64,000 bases of DNA from Thermoproteota archaeon (GTDB lineage Archaea; Thermoproteota; Thermoprotei; Gearchaeales; Gearchaeaceae): assembly GCA_041640715.1 (NCBI GenBank), contig JBEPZU010000002.1, forward strand, positions 7,198 to 71,197, written 5' to 3'. The number at the start of each line of letters is the position of its first letter. Position 1 is the first letter of the stretch. The notes below the pieces were generated by a model, which saw only the letters and a list, made by a program, of their open reading frames with translations, was not told the DNA's origin and made no database searches. The position numbers were made by a program, and so were the translations under genes. Below are positions 29,646 to 39,259 of the stretch, one piece after another.

Positions 29646-30177
29646 AGTTTTTATTAAAATTAGCGTCATATTTAATTTTTGTAAAAAAAGGATTTGTTCA
29701 AATTCTTTTAACGCTATCCAAATATTTCCAGCTATATTCGATGAGGGTCAGTAAATACTTCAGAAGGTCTACTTTTTAAAAAAAGATTAAAAAATTATCT
29801 TCGCGAATATCAAGTTAAGTCAAATCTGTTATCGTGAAAGCACTTTCATTTAGAACGAAGTCTTATTGAGCGCATGTCTTTCCTCAGGAGGTATCTGCGG
29901 GCTTATTTGCTTATCATTTGCAGGCTTTGGTGCTTCTATTGTGATAACTTTTTCAGGCTGTTCTACTTTTTCAGGCTGTTGTTCTTGCGCTTGCGTTGCG
30001 CTGAGAAGAGGTATTGATAATGCATATCCTGCCACCACAATTGCTAGCAGTGCAGTTGTAGATATTAGCAGTATTTTCTTCTCCATGCGTTTTTAAAATG
30101 TGCTTCGCATTTAATTTTTTCAAAAAAAGGATTTGTTCAAATTCTTTTAACGCTATCCAAATATTTCGAGCTATATT
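29361..30177. repeat. Imperfect direct tandem duplication (copy 1 29361-29738, copy 2 29750-30177, 11-bp spacer)
   Basis: Shared blocks read directly: agtaaatacttca; aaaaattatcttcgcgaat; gtcaaatctgttatcgtgaaa; 51-bp identical gagaagaggtattgataatgcatatcctgccaccacaattgctagcagtgc; ggatttgttcaaattcttttaacgctatccaaatatttc. Confidence 0.95.
29750..30086 (-). pseudogene. Truncated, frameshifted duplicate of the 29232-29645 gene (78-aa ORF 29850-30086 stays open)
   Basis: Same signal peptide; 1-nt loss at ttta(a)gaac gives an early stop; downstream deletion of the CAATGGG (QW) segment; 3' third of the gene absent. Confidence 0.8.
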
Positions 30178-30648
30178 TTGTATCCACATTCGTCTTCTTG
30201 CTCTTAATGTTAATTACGGTTATGTGATCAAATAACCTCCTTCAGCGCCTTCTGTTCATAAATCGTTGATAGTTTACTATTGTTCTTCTCTTAATCTCTC
30301 CCATATTTCACATCTACCCTGCTTTTCCCTTTAAGAAGGTTCAAAATTTCAGTTTTCCTCAATCGGCTTCAGCCCTTTTAATTCTGCAAGCTTTAAAATA
30401 AGAGAATAAGTTTAAGACTGAACTCGCTGGCATTAAAATCGAGTAATCGTAACAAAATTTCTCAAATATTAACAACGTTACTGAGTAGAAAATCCTATAA
30501 CCCAAATATCTTTTCGCTGTTGTTTCTTCTTAATTTCTTAGCTTTCTCTTATTCTACAAGTAAAACCATTGAAAGAGGAGCACCTTCTAAGTTTTGACTT
30601 TGGAAAAACATGCTATTAAGAAAAATCATTTTATTTCGTTTCGAATGA

Positions 30649-31032
30649 ATGATTATGGAAGAGTTAATTAAGAGTTATTTCGATAAATCTATAACTGATA
30701 GAGAGAGGGCAATATTCGAAATGGGGATAGCTCTAGGTTTTGTATACCATCAATTCATCGGTACGCCTTTTAGAAAGGATAGCATTAAAATTTTAGAAAA
30801 GGCGATAAAAAGCGCATTGCTAGCCCAACCCTTTAGGGTCTTCGCTGATGTTAAGATCAAATACAAAGGTAAAGAAGATACTCCCTATTCGTATGGAGAA
30901 ATATCTAAAAAGAATTTAGATGTCACAGTGAAAATAAAGTACGGTAAAGCTTTAGTTAGCGGTAGGTTGAGATTCATCAAGAGCGTAAATTATCCTTTAA
31001 TGTATATTGAGGAAATAAGAGAGGCTGATTAA
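30649..31032 (+). CDS. mptD: Archaeal dihydroneopterin aldolase
   Basis: ERAIFEMGIALG..YHQFIGTP, LEKAI....QPF, YPLMYI. Confidence 0.9.
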   Translation: MIMEELIKSYFDKSITDRERAIFEMGIALGFVYHQFIGTPFRKDSIKILEKAIKSALLAQPFRVFADVKIKYKGKEDTPYSYGEISKKNLDVTVKIKYGKALVSGRLRFIKSVNYPLMYIEEIREAD

Positions 31033-31811
31033 CTGTATATTAATTTAAGGTAATCCTTTACGGTTATTTTTTCAAAATATTCTATTTTTACACCGTTTTT
31101 AGTTAGGTTAAAAAGCTTTATTTCGTTCCCTCTTTTCGCGTTTTCTCTACCTAAAAGTTCCAATAATTCCTTTGCAATCTTTAGTTTCTGAATTTTTTTG
31201 GTCCTATCGAAAATAATAGGTTTAGAATATTTTCCTACCTCTTCACTTAAATCCATACCTGCTAAGGTTATGGATAGAGGTTTAAAATGGCTCATTATGA
31301 AAGCGGCTCTATCTCCATCAGTAAACCCTCCGAAATTATAAACTTTTTCCTTAGGCTTAACTTGTGTGGTGCCCATTACCTTCTCTATTTTAGAGACGTA
31401 AGTTGCTATTTCATTTCGATTGTCTCCATGGGCATGCACTATTACTATGCTATTCATCTTAGAACAGAGTATTTGTTCCTTAGGGTATCCGTCTAGGTCT
31501 GTTACTATTATATGGGGAGGTTCCTCAAAGATTTCCAAAAATGCCTTTGTAGCGCCGTCACATGTTACAAATACTACCTTATTTCTCTCTATTCTCTTTA
31601 TACTTTCAAGGTCTTCGATCACAGAAGGTCCTGCACCAACAATTAATACGTGTTTGTTATGGACAATCTTCTTTATATCTGAAGGTTCTAGACCCCTATT
31701 CCTAATTAGCACGCTAAGCAATTCTGCGCTCCTCTCATCTTCTATTGGTGATAATCTTAATTGTTTAGCAATATTATCGTATATTTTAAGCCATTCTTCA
31801 AGAGATATCAT
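31029..31811 (-). CDS. mptE: 6-hydroxymethyl-7,8-dihydropterin pyrophosphokinase (DUF115 type)
   Basis: GAGPS, VTDLDG, VHAHGDN, NFGGFTDGDRA, K..KL..A. Confidence 0.92.
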   Translation of the reverse strand: MISLEEWLKIYDNIAKQLRLSPIEDERSAELLSVLIRNRGLEPSDIKKIVHNKHVLIVGAGPSVIEDLESIKRIERNKVVFVTCDGATKAFLEIFEEPPHIIVTDLDGYPKEQILCSKMNSIVIVHAHGDNRNEIATYVSKIEKVMGTTQVKPKEKVYNFGGFTDGDRAAFIMSHFKPLSITLAGMDLSEEVGKYSKPIIFDRTKKIQKLKIAKELLELLGRENAKRGNEIKLFNLTKNGVKIEYFEKITVKDYLKLIYS

Positions 31812-31858
31812 ATAATATCTAAATCTATTAACTCTCTTATTAACTTAAAGAAATCGAA

Positions 31859-32779
31859 TTAAATGTTTGTTAAGACAATTTTAAAACCTTTATTATTAGC
31901 ATTTGTAACTTTAATTTCAATATTATCAGGTAATTTATTTTGTAATAAAGTTATTTTCAATGTATCCTTTAAAAAGAGCCCATATACGATAGGACCCCAA
32001 GAGCTTTGCCCAGCACCAAAGGCTCCATTCTTTAATAAAAAATTTACGAGATCTTCTATAGTCTTACTAGAAAATATTCCTTCTTGAGCTTTTTTGAAGT
32101 TGAGACCTGTCATAAACTGGAATTTGGTAAGTGATTTTCCAAACATTTCTATGTCTTTACTCTTTAAAGCATCTTTCATTTGTTCTAACAACGAATACAT
32201 TTCTAGTATTCTTTCTTCGCTTGTTACCTCAAGCTTTGAGAAAGCTTCTTTTTCCTTTACCCCATAGAGTCCTTTTTTAGCGTTTATGTCTCTTAATAAA
32301 ACGAAAACCCATTCAGTAGGGAATTCTGCTCTGAATTCTATTCTGGGTATTTCTTTATCTACCTTTCCTGTATCTATTATAAATCCTCCTTTCATGAAGG
32401 ATGCAATTCCTATTCCAGACACTTCGCCTAGATTTAACTTAGCCGCTACTTCATATACATCAAAGGTCTTTTTGTTCAATTCATGCAAAGAATAAGCGAA
32501 GGCCAAACAAAGTTGGGTAGTAGAGCCTAGTCCTATATGGCTAGGTATTTCTTCCAATGTTTTAAATTTAATTTTCACCGAGAAAGATTCAGCATATTTT
32601 TTTAATTTAGGAAGTATGTCTCTTCTGGAAATTTCTAAAGATAACTTATTGCTTTCTTCAAACTTAGCCCTAAGCTTTGGTTCTTCTATTGCACAACCTG
32701 CGCACTTAAAGAGCGGATATTTAGGATTATTTATGTTGACGATTCCGAAGTGAAGTCTAGATCCTGTTATTATTTCCAT
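31859..32779 (-). CDS. mptG: beta-ribofuranosylaminobenzene 5'-phosphate (RFAP) synthase
   Basis: GSRLHFG, IPSHIGLGSTTQL, SGIG...GGFIIDTG, GAGQSSWGP. Confidence 0.9.
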   Translation of the reverse strand: MEIITGSRLHFGIVNINNPKYPLFKCAGCAIEEPKLRAKFEESNKLSLEISRRDILPKLKKYAESFSVKIKFKTLEEIPSHIGLGSTTQLCLAFAYSLHELNKKTFDVYEVAAKLNLGEVSGIGIASFMKGGFIIDTGKVDKEIPRIEFRAEFPTEWVFVLLRDINAKKGLYGVKEKEAFSKLEVTSEERILEMYSLLEQMKDALKSKDIEMFGKSLTKFQFMTGLNFKKAQEGIFSSKTIEDLVNFLLKNGAFGAGQSSWGPIVYGLFLKDTLKITLLQNKLPDNIEIKVTNANNKGFKIVLTNI

Positions 32780-33402
32780 TTCAAAGCTTCTTCTACTATT
32801 TTGTTTATTTCTTCCATTATCCTTTGATATTTAGAATTGGGAGCTATTCTTCTAACTAATTTATCGTAATAATCTATTAGAGAAATAAGCCTCTCAACTT
32901 CTTCATATAATTTCATTCTAGTGAACACTCTTATCCTAGTTGAGTGTATCAATGTTTCCATTACAGCGTATTTTGCTCTAGTAAACGGTTTAATGTAGGT
33001 TTTTTTTGAATATAAATAGACCGGTTTGAGTTTAAAGGTAGCTCTTGCTTCTTCTTCCTTTACTTCTTTCAATTCGGCTTCTATATAGAGATCGGCACTT
33101 TTCAACCTAGGAATTCTTAATTTATACGAGCTTTTGAATATATTTTGTTCAGGTTCTCCATAGGTAGCCTTGAAGAAAAGCTCAATATCATCGACCACAT
33201 TGATTACTGCTTTCTTATTCTTTAAGACATAATTGTAGCTCTTCGTATCTTTGAAAGGTCTTATTATCAAATCGTATTCTTCATCGAAAGAGAAACCCAT
33301 TGAAGCCATGTGAGCTTTTCCATTCTCATCAAAGCAACTTAAAATTCCTTCATATATCAAATTCTTCTCGAAGAGTAGTTTGAGCTTTTCTTTTATTTCC
33401 AC
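32770..33402 (-). CDS. DUF447 family protein
   Basis: E.ILS...HMASMG, IRPFKDTKSY, PFTRAKYAVMETLIHSTR, LVRRIAP; 10-nt overlap with mptG. Confidence 0.8.
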   Translation of the reverse strand: MEIKEKLKLLFEKNLIYEGILSCFDENGKAHMASMGFSFDEEYDLIIRPFKDTKSYNYVLKNKKAVINVVDDIELFFKATYGEPEQNIFKSSYKLRIPRLKSADLYIEAELKEVKEEEARATFKLKPVYLYSKKTYIKPFTRAKYAVMETLIHSTRIRVFTRMKLYEEVERLISLIDYYDKLVRRIAPNSKYQRIMEEINKIVEEALKWK

Positions 33403-33451
33403 AATTCAGTTTTTGTTTATAAAGTATTTATTAACACAATTCGTTTAATGA

Positions 33452-34384
33452 ATGATGAAAATCTCAATAATAGGTGCTGGGAGAATAGGGAGCAATACTG
33501 CTTTCGAACTTATAAATAGAGATCTTGCAGATGAGATAGTATTGGTAGATATAATAAAAGGTTTGCCTCAAGGCGAGGCGTTGGATTTAAATCAAATGGC
33601 TTCTGAGAAAGGCAAATCGGTACAAGTGTTAGGCTCTAATGATTACAAAGACATTGAAGGTTCTCATATAACGATAATACCTGCAGGTGTAGCTAGAAAA
33701 CCTGGCATGACTAGGATGGATTTGCTCAACACTAATGCACCTATAATAAGAGACGTATCTCGATCTGTAGCAAAATATGCTAAAGATTCCATAATGATCG
33801 TGGTTACAAATCCTATGGACGTGATGACCTATGTAGCACTTAAGACTAGCAATTTCGATCGAAAGAGAGTGATAGGTATGGGAGGACAATTAGATTCAGC
33901 TCGTTATAGAGAAATCTTGAGTCAAATTCTCAAAGTTCCTAGATCTTCAATTAGAGCTTTAGTAATAGGAGAGCATGGTGAAACCATGTTTCCAATACCT
34001 AGATTTTCCTTTGTAAATACTTATAGAGTGTCTGAACTTTTAAGCGAAAATGAATTAAGAGAAGCTGAAGAGAAGACTAGGAAAATAGCTGCAGAAGTCA
34101 TATCGTTAAAAGGTGCTACAGTCTTTGCTCCTGTAAGTTGCATAGCTAGTTTAGTCGAAGCTATAGTTAAAAACAAGAGAGAAATGATTCCAGTTTCAGC
34201 TTATCTTGAAGGAGAATATGGTTTTAGTGATGTTTGCATCGGGGTACCTGCTATTATAGGTAAAGAAGGAATAGAAAAGATAATAGAGCTTCCTCTCAAT
34301 GAAGAAGAAAAAGCTAGATTTAGTAAAAGCGTGGAGACCGTTAGAAATGCAATAAAGGATGTGTCTTCTTTGATGTTGTTTTAA
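33452..34384 (+). CDS. mdh: Malate dehydrogenase (LDH-like)
   Basis: GAGRIG, AGVARKPGMTRMDLLNTN, VTNPMD, LDSARY, GEHG. Confidence 0.94.
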   Translation: MMKISIIGAGRIGSNTAFELINRDLADEIVLVDIIKGLPQGEALDLNQMASEKGKSVQVLGSNDYKDIEGSHITIIPAGVARKPGMTRMDLLNTNAPIIRDVSRSVAKYAKDSIMIVVTNPMDVMTYVALKTSNFDRKRVIGMGGQLDSARYREILSQILKVPRSSIRALVIGEHGETMFPIPRFSFVNTYRVSELLSENELREAEEKTRKIAAEVISLKGATVFAPVSCIASLVEAIVKNKREMIPVSAYLEGEYGFSDVCIGVPAIIGKEGIEKIIELPLNEEEKARFSKSVETVRNAIKDVSSLMLF

Positions 34385-34413
34385 ATTTAAATTTTAAATA
34401 GAAATATTTACAC

Positions 34414-35079
34414 ATGCCTTTTGAATACAAAGGTGTTGCTCTAAGTTGGCTAGGTCATGATACATTTAGAATAAGTTACCAAAACAAAGTGATATATATC
34501 GATCCTTATAATTTAAGGAGAAGCTATGAGCCTGCAGACATAATATGTGTTTCCCATAACCATTTCGACCATTTAAGCTATAATGATCTGAAAAAACTAG
34601 TAGTAGACAAAACAATATTGGTAGGTGCTCATGAATGTAAGAACGAATTTGATAGGTTCAAGGCGAATAAGAAATTCTATCTTTTACCTGGAGAAGAAAT
34701 TGAAATAGAAGGAATTAAAATCAAGGCTCTGCCTGCATATAACTTAAATAAGTTTAGAAGCCCTGGTGTTGTATTTCATCCTAAGGAGGACAAAAAGATA
34801 GGCTTTTTATTGAAATTGGGAGATGTTACTGTTTATCATGCAGGGGATAGCGATAACATACCCGAAATAAAGGATCTAAAACCAGATATTGCTTTAATAC
34901 CCGTTAGTGGAACCTATGTAATGACTAAAGAGGAAGCTGTTCAAGCGCTAAAAGATATCAAGCCTAAGATAGCCATTCCTATGCATTATGGAGCTATAGT
35001 AGGAAGCAGAAGCGATGCTGTTTATCTAAAAGAAAACGCTCCTAAAGAAGTCGAGGTTCATATATTAGAGCCAGAATAA
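34414..35079 (+). CDS. MBL-fold metallo-hydrolase (UPF0173-like)
   Basis: WLGH, IDPY, SHNHFDH, YHAGDS, PMHYG. Confidence 0.9.
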   Translation: MPFEYKGVALSWLGHDTFRISYQNKVIYIDPYNLRRSYEPADIICVSHNHFDHLSYNDLKKLVVDKTILVGAHECKNEFDRFKANKKFYLLPGEEIEIEGIKIKALPAYNLNKFRSPGVVFHPKEDKKIGFLLKLGDVTVYHAGDSDNIPEIKDLKPDIALIPVSGTYVMTKEEAVQALKDIKPKIAIPMHYGAIVGSRSDAVYLKENAPKEVEVHILEPE

Positions 35080-36044
35080 CCGAATATTTCCTCTAAATGT
35101 TTGTTCGAAATATTTCTTCCCGTTAATATAACTAGAACGTTGCTCTTTTTTTCCAATTGATGCTCTATAAGATATGCTAATCCTGCCGCTCCGCTGGGCT
35201 CTATCAACAATCTTTCTTTTAATAATAGCAGCTTTGTAGCTCTGATTATATTTTCTTCGCTTACCAATGCTACTTCGTCTACTGTTTTTCCTTTGACTAC
35301 TATTTGAAATACCAATTCTCCTATGCGTTTAGCAGCTAAGCCTTCTGCTATTGTATTTACTTTTTTGCTCTTTACTATCTTCCCTAATTTAATGGCATTG
35401 TATAGCGAAGGATTACTCTTTGGTTGTACTCCTATTACCTTAATCTTGTTTTGTAGTTCTTTTATTGCATAGGAGACACCAGCTATAAGACCTCCACCGC
35501 CTACAGGGATTATGACGTAATCTAAATTTTTCATGACATCAAGTATTTCTAACGCTATAGTTGCATGACCTTCTATCACTTCTAAGTCATCGTAGGAATG
35601 TACGAAAAAACCATTTCTTTCTTTTGCATATATTTCTGCCTTCCTATTTGCTTGTTCATTGTCATTTCCAGCCATTATGACTTCTCCACCGTAGAATTCG
35701 ATCAGAGACATTTTATATCTAGAAGCTATCTTAGGCGTGAATACTACAGCTTTTTTCCCCAATTTCTTAGCTAAATAAGCTAGCGCTATACCGTGATTCC
35801 CGCTAGATCCTGTAACTAGCAGGTCAAAATCAGACTTTCTTTCTAGCGCTTTTAGGATTTTATTGGCAACCCCTCTTATCTTAAAAGAACCAACTTCTTG
35901 TAAGAACTCGCATTTAAAATACAAATTAACTCCAAAAATTTCTGAGAGTGTATGACTTTTAATTATAGGTGTCTCTATGATGTAATTTTCGATTCTTTTC
36001 TTAACTTCGTATAAGCTTTTAAGATTTAATATTTTTTCACTCAT
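35058..36044 (-). CDS. PLP-dependent threonine/serine dehydratase (no ACT domain)
   Basis: KCEFLQ..GSFKIRG, SSGNHG, PVGGGGL, TIAEGL, EPSGA, TG.N. Confidence 0.9.
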   Translation of the reverse strand: MSEKILNLKSLYEVKKRIENYIIETPIIKSHTLSEIFGVNLYFKCEFLQEVGSFKIRGVANKILKALERKSDFDLLVTGSSGNHGIALAYLAKKLGKKAVVFTPKIASRYKMSLIEFYGGEVIMAGNDNEQANRKAEIYAKERNGFFVHSYDDLEVIEGHATIALEILDVMKNLDYVIIPVGGGGLIAGVSYAIKELQNKIKVIGVQPKSNPSLYNAIKLGKIVKSKKVNTIAEGLAAKRIGELVFQIVVKGKTVDEVALVSEENIIRATKLLLLKERLLIEPSGAAGLAYLIEHQLEKKSNVLVILTGRNISNKHLEEIFGYSGSNI

Positions 36045-36056
36045 AAGAAATTAAGG

Positions 36057-36341
36057 ATGGAAATAGAGAAACGCTCAGATCTAACTGCTAGAAAGGTCAA
36101 ACTTAAGGAAGAGGAAGTGATGCTTGTTATTGATAGGTATTTGGCTAGGATCGAGATGATGATCAGAAAAGGAGGCTTCAAGAAATTAATGATACCTTTA
36201 GGCAAGAATAACATTGAGTTATTAAGCAAGATTGTAAAAGAAAAATACTCTATCGAGCTAGATTTCATACCTGTTACTAGTGCGGAGAATTTATTTGCGG
36301 TAAGTTTAAAGCAAAACATTAAGTCTTCAACAAAGTCTTGA
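36057..36341 (+). CDS. Hypothetical protein (strand call ambiguous)
   Basis: 94 aa, E/K-rich, purine-rich plus strand; fully overlapped by the antisense ORF 36041-36505. Confidence 0.35.
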   Translation: MEIEKRSDLTARKVKLKEEEVMLVIDRYLARIEMMIRKGGFKKLMIPLGKNNIELLSKIVKEKYSIELDFIPVTSAENLFAVSLKQNIKSSTKS

Positions 36342-36863
36342 ATCTCATAAAATATCTCGCTGAGAAACGTTAATAGCATATTATAGTTTCTTAAATTTTC
36401 TAATTCCTTTTCATGCTTTAAATTCAACTTTTTTAGGAAATTTGATTCATATTCTCTTTTAGAATCCTCGATTTTTTTGTTTAGATCGTTTACGATTTTA
36501 TTCATTTCATCAATTTTCTTATATAATTATTATTTTCTCTATTTAAATTTTCCAACTAGTTTCATACTTGTTTTTAATTACGTCCTTTGCGAGATGTCTA
36601 GTTGTTTTAAGCCATGGAAAACTATCTTACCAGAGGTTACCTTAATGGCTATTCTGATCGAGTTTGTTTTCTCAATTTTCATCTCTTTCACTATTTTAGT
36701 ATAGCTGCGTATCGATTTCAGTGGTATCTCTTATTATACTCGTAGAGGTAAAGATTTCTTTATATAGCAAAAAATTTCTTCTGAACTTATTTGGATATAG
36801 CTTAGGGTATTAAGCTTATGTTTATCAAAAAATCATTTTGATAATTATCAATGATTAAAAAAG

Positions 36864-37691
36864 TTAAATATTTAGTATTCTCTTTGCGTTTTCGTAGAAA
36901 ACTTTCCTAAGGGTTTCTTCTTTTAAATTCATTTGTTTAAATTCTTCTATTATTCTTGAAGGATTAAGCATAGGATAATCGCTTCCAAATAGGAATTTAT
37001 CCTTTAGCAAACTATCCATATATTTTATCACTATATTCGGTATGTATTTAGGAGACCATCCGCTAACATCTATGAAGACGTTTTCTTTATGATAGGCGAC
37101 AGCTAATGCTTCTTCATACCAAGGCCATCCAAAATGTGCCATTATAAAGTTAACATTTTCGAATTTTCTGGCTATGTTATCTATGTAGATAGGTCTTCCA
37201 TATTCTAGATATATACCTCCGCCACCTCTAGTGCCTGCGCCTATTCCTGTTATTCCTGTATGTATCACTACTGGCAATTCTTTTTTGCCCGCATATTCAT
37301 AAATTTTCTCGAATTTTTCGTCATCAGGCCTCAAGTAAAGCAGCTGGGGATGAATCTTGATACCTTTTAACCCTAATTCTTCGATGGCTATTTTTAATTC
37401 ATCTAGAGCATTTTCAAGCCTAAAACTTGCGAAGCCTATGAATAAATCTTCATCAGCGTTTACAATCTCTTTTATATGTTCATTTGAAATATTCCCATAT
37501 CCTTTGATGTTAGAAGTTAAAGGTAACAAAACTGCCTTAGTTATGCCTTGTTTTCTCAAATCTTCTGCAAATTCTTCAAAGCTTAGGAGTTTCTCCTTTG
37601 CTCTGAAGTATTTGATCGTTGTCTTATAGTAATCTCCTAGTGCATTAACGAATTCCTTTGTAGGAGGGTGTACGTGAAAATCTATTATCAT
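36864..37691 (-). CDS. Amidohydrolase-2 family protein (resembles CouO-type ketoacyl-CoA hydrolases)
   Basis: DFHVH, GIKIHP, HTG.TGIGAG..GGGG, AHFGWPW.EEALAVA.HK.NV.IDVSGWSPKY, FGSDYP. Confidence 0.85.
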   Translation of the reverse strand: MIIDFHVHPPTKEFVNALGDYYKTTIKYFRAKEKLLSFEEFAEDLRKQGITKAVLLPLTSNIKGYGNISNEHIKEIVNADEDLFIGFASFRLENALDELKIAIEELGLKGIKIHPQLLYLRPDDEKFEKIYEYAGKKELPVVIHTGITGIGAGTRGGGGIYLEYGRPIYIDNIARKFENVNFIMAHFGWPWYEEALAVAYHKENVFIDVSGWSPKYIPNIVIKYMDSLLKDKFLFGSDYPMLNPSRIIEEFKQMNLKEETLRKVFYENAKRILNI

Positions 37692-38275
37692 TCGAATCCT
37701 ATGCCATCTGACTTAGTTAATATTCCTTTATAAAGGAAATCTATTTGTCTTAGAGTTAAATCGAAATCGAAATCTGTAAGTGCTGATATTGCATCTATAG
37801 GAACTATTACTTTATACCATCTAAGTGCAGCGCTGCCTGCTGTGTGTAAAACACATATGTTGGCTACTGTACCTGTTATCACCACATTTTTGATATTATT
37901 TAACATCAATATGTGGTCCAAAGGAGTGCCGTAGAAAGCGTCATATCTTAGTTTTTTGATCATTATATCGTTTTCTGATGGTTTTATTTCTTCTATTATC
38001 TCTGCACCCCATGTATTTTGGACTGCATGCTCTCCCCAGATAGCAAACTCGGGGTCGTTTTTAGAATGCCAATCTTGGGTATATATGATTAAGGCGTTCT
38101 TTTTTCTAGCTTTTTCTATCAAAGTCTTTATAGGTTGAATGGTATTTAATGAAGAAGGGACGAATAATTTACCATTAGGATTTGCGAAGTCATTTTGCAT
38201 GTCTACGATTATGAGAGCTGAATTTTTGCTTTCTAGTTTTATTCTATCTACGATCTTATATTGAGGCGAAGACAT
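37688..38275 (-). CDS. Isochorismatase-family cysteine hydrolase (nicotinamidase-like)
   Basis: VDMQNDF, QDWH, WGEHA..TWG, KLRYDAF, GTVANICV; overlaps the amidohydrolase by 4 nt. Confidence 0.88.
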   Translation of the reverse strand: MSSPQYKIVDRIKLESKNSALIIVDMQNDFANPNGKLFVPSSLNTIQPIKTLIEKARKKNALIIYTQDWHSKNDPEFAIWGEHAVQNTWGAEIIEEIKPSENDIMIKKLRYDAFYGTPLDHILMLNNIKNVVITGTVANICVLHTAGSAALRWYKVIVPIDAISALTDFDFDLTLRQIDFLYKGILTKSDGIGFE

Positions 38276-38387
38276 TTCAATAATACTACTTTCTCGAAGT
38301 TTCTATATTAATTTATTACAAGGTAAATGAGGAGTAATACAACTAACATCGACCGATAATTTAATAAATAACTTCAAAACTTTTCTT

Positions 38388-38660
38388 ATGCCTTATTTAA
38401 AAATTAACCAAATTCAAGCTGGGATGATAAACATAAATCTAGTGGCTAGGGTGGCAAACTGTATAGAATTAGGCAATGGTAAATACAAGATAATTTTGGA
38501 AGAAGGAACGAGCAAAGTCAGCATGATATATTCAAGGCAAATATTAAAGAATTCGTTGATCAGAATAGAGAAGGCTTTTGCATATAAATACAAAGGTGAA
38601 CTTAGCATAGCTTTGACCAAGAAAGGTAAATTAATTTTGCTAGATTTTAACTCAACTTAA
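38388..38660 (+). CDS. Single OB-fold protein, crenarchaeal SSB-like, no acidic tail
   Basis: KINQIQAGMININLVARV / IILEEGTSKV / LIRIEKAFAYKYKGEL aligns by eye to Sulfolobus SSB (KVGNLKPNMESVNVTVRV / VGDETGRV / VVKIENAWTTAFKGQV). Confidence 0.62.
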   Translation: MPYLKINQIQAGMININLVARVANCIELGNGKYKIILEEGTSKVSMIYSRQILKNSLIRIEKAFAYKYKGELSIALTKKGKLILLDFNST

Positions 38661-38910
38661 TCTATTGTTTAAGTATTATTTGCAAAAATCGGAGAAATAT
38701 GAGCTTAGCAAGGTAAGTCAAAGTGGATGAGCATCATCTTATAATCCCTGCTTTAGCGGAAAGCATTTTAACATCTCAGATTTAAGCCATACTTAAACAT
38801 CATGTTGAATACTCTTTGATTTCCAACATGAACGAAGCTACAGTTACTTTTACGCTTTGATTTGCAAATTATCGACAAAAACTCCTTTTAAGCTCCTCGT
38901 AAGCTTCTCT

Positions 38911-39159
38911 ATGTCTTGCATAATTAGATGTTCCGTTTGTGGCTTTAAGTTCTTCAACGATAAAGAAGAAGTTACATCCCCAGCAGACGTGTTGAGAAGA
39001 TATTCTTTTAGGTGTCCTAGTTGTATGAAGCGTCTGAGTTTTAATTTTAGGAACATTAAAATAGAGGTTGCTACTAATTACGAGGTTAATAGGAGAATAA
39101 GCATAAATAGAGATCTTAGGGTCAAAAAGTCTTGGAAGTTGTCTAAGGCTAAGGTTTGA
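38911..39159 (+). CDS. Small C4 zinc-ribbon protein
   Basis: IRCSVCG..F...SP..V...Y..RCPSC.K.LS; start set at ATG 38911 (ORF track 38857). Confidence 0.68.
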   Translation: MSCIIRCSVCGFKFFNDKEEVTSPADVLRRYSFRCPSCMKRLSFNFRNIKIEVATNYEVNRRISINRDLRVKKSWKLSKAKV

Positions 39160-39259
39160 TAAAGAATCATAGGTACGTATCTTCAATTCAAATATCGTAA
39201 CCTGCCCCTAATTCAAGATTTTTTAATTTATAAAAGATTAGCGTTTTAAAAAATAATTA

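Noticed and set aside
30190-30648. Purine-rich minus-strand stretch suggesting a decayed gene
   Set aside because: Multiple stops in all frames and no recognisable family motif; cannot be assigned.
38700-38831. Small hairpins (GATGA-gca-TCATC, TGCTTT-agcgg-AAAGCA, TCATGTTG..CAACATGA)
   Set aside because: Short AT-rich stems with no C/D, H/ACA or tRNA layout and no GC enrichment expected of thermophile structural RNA.
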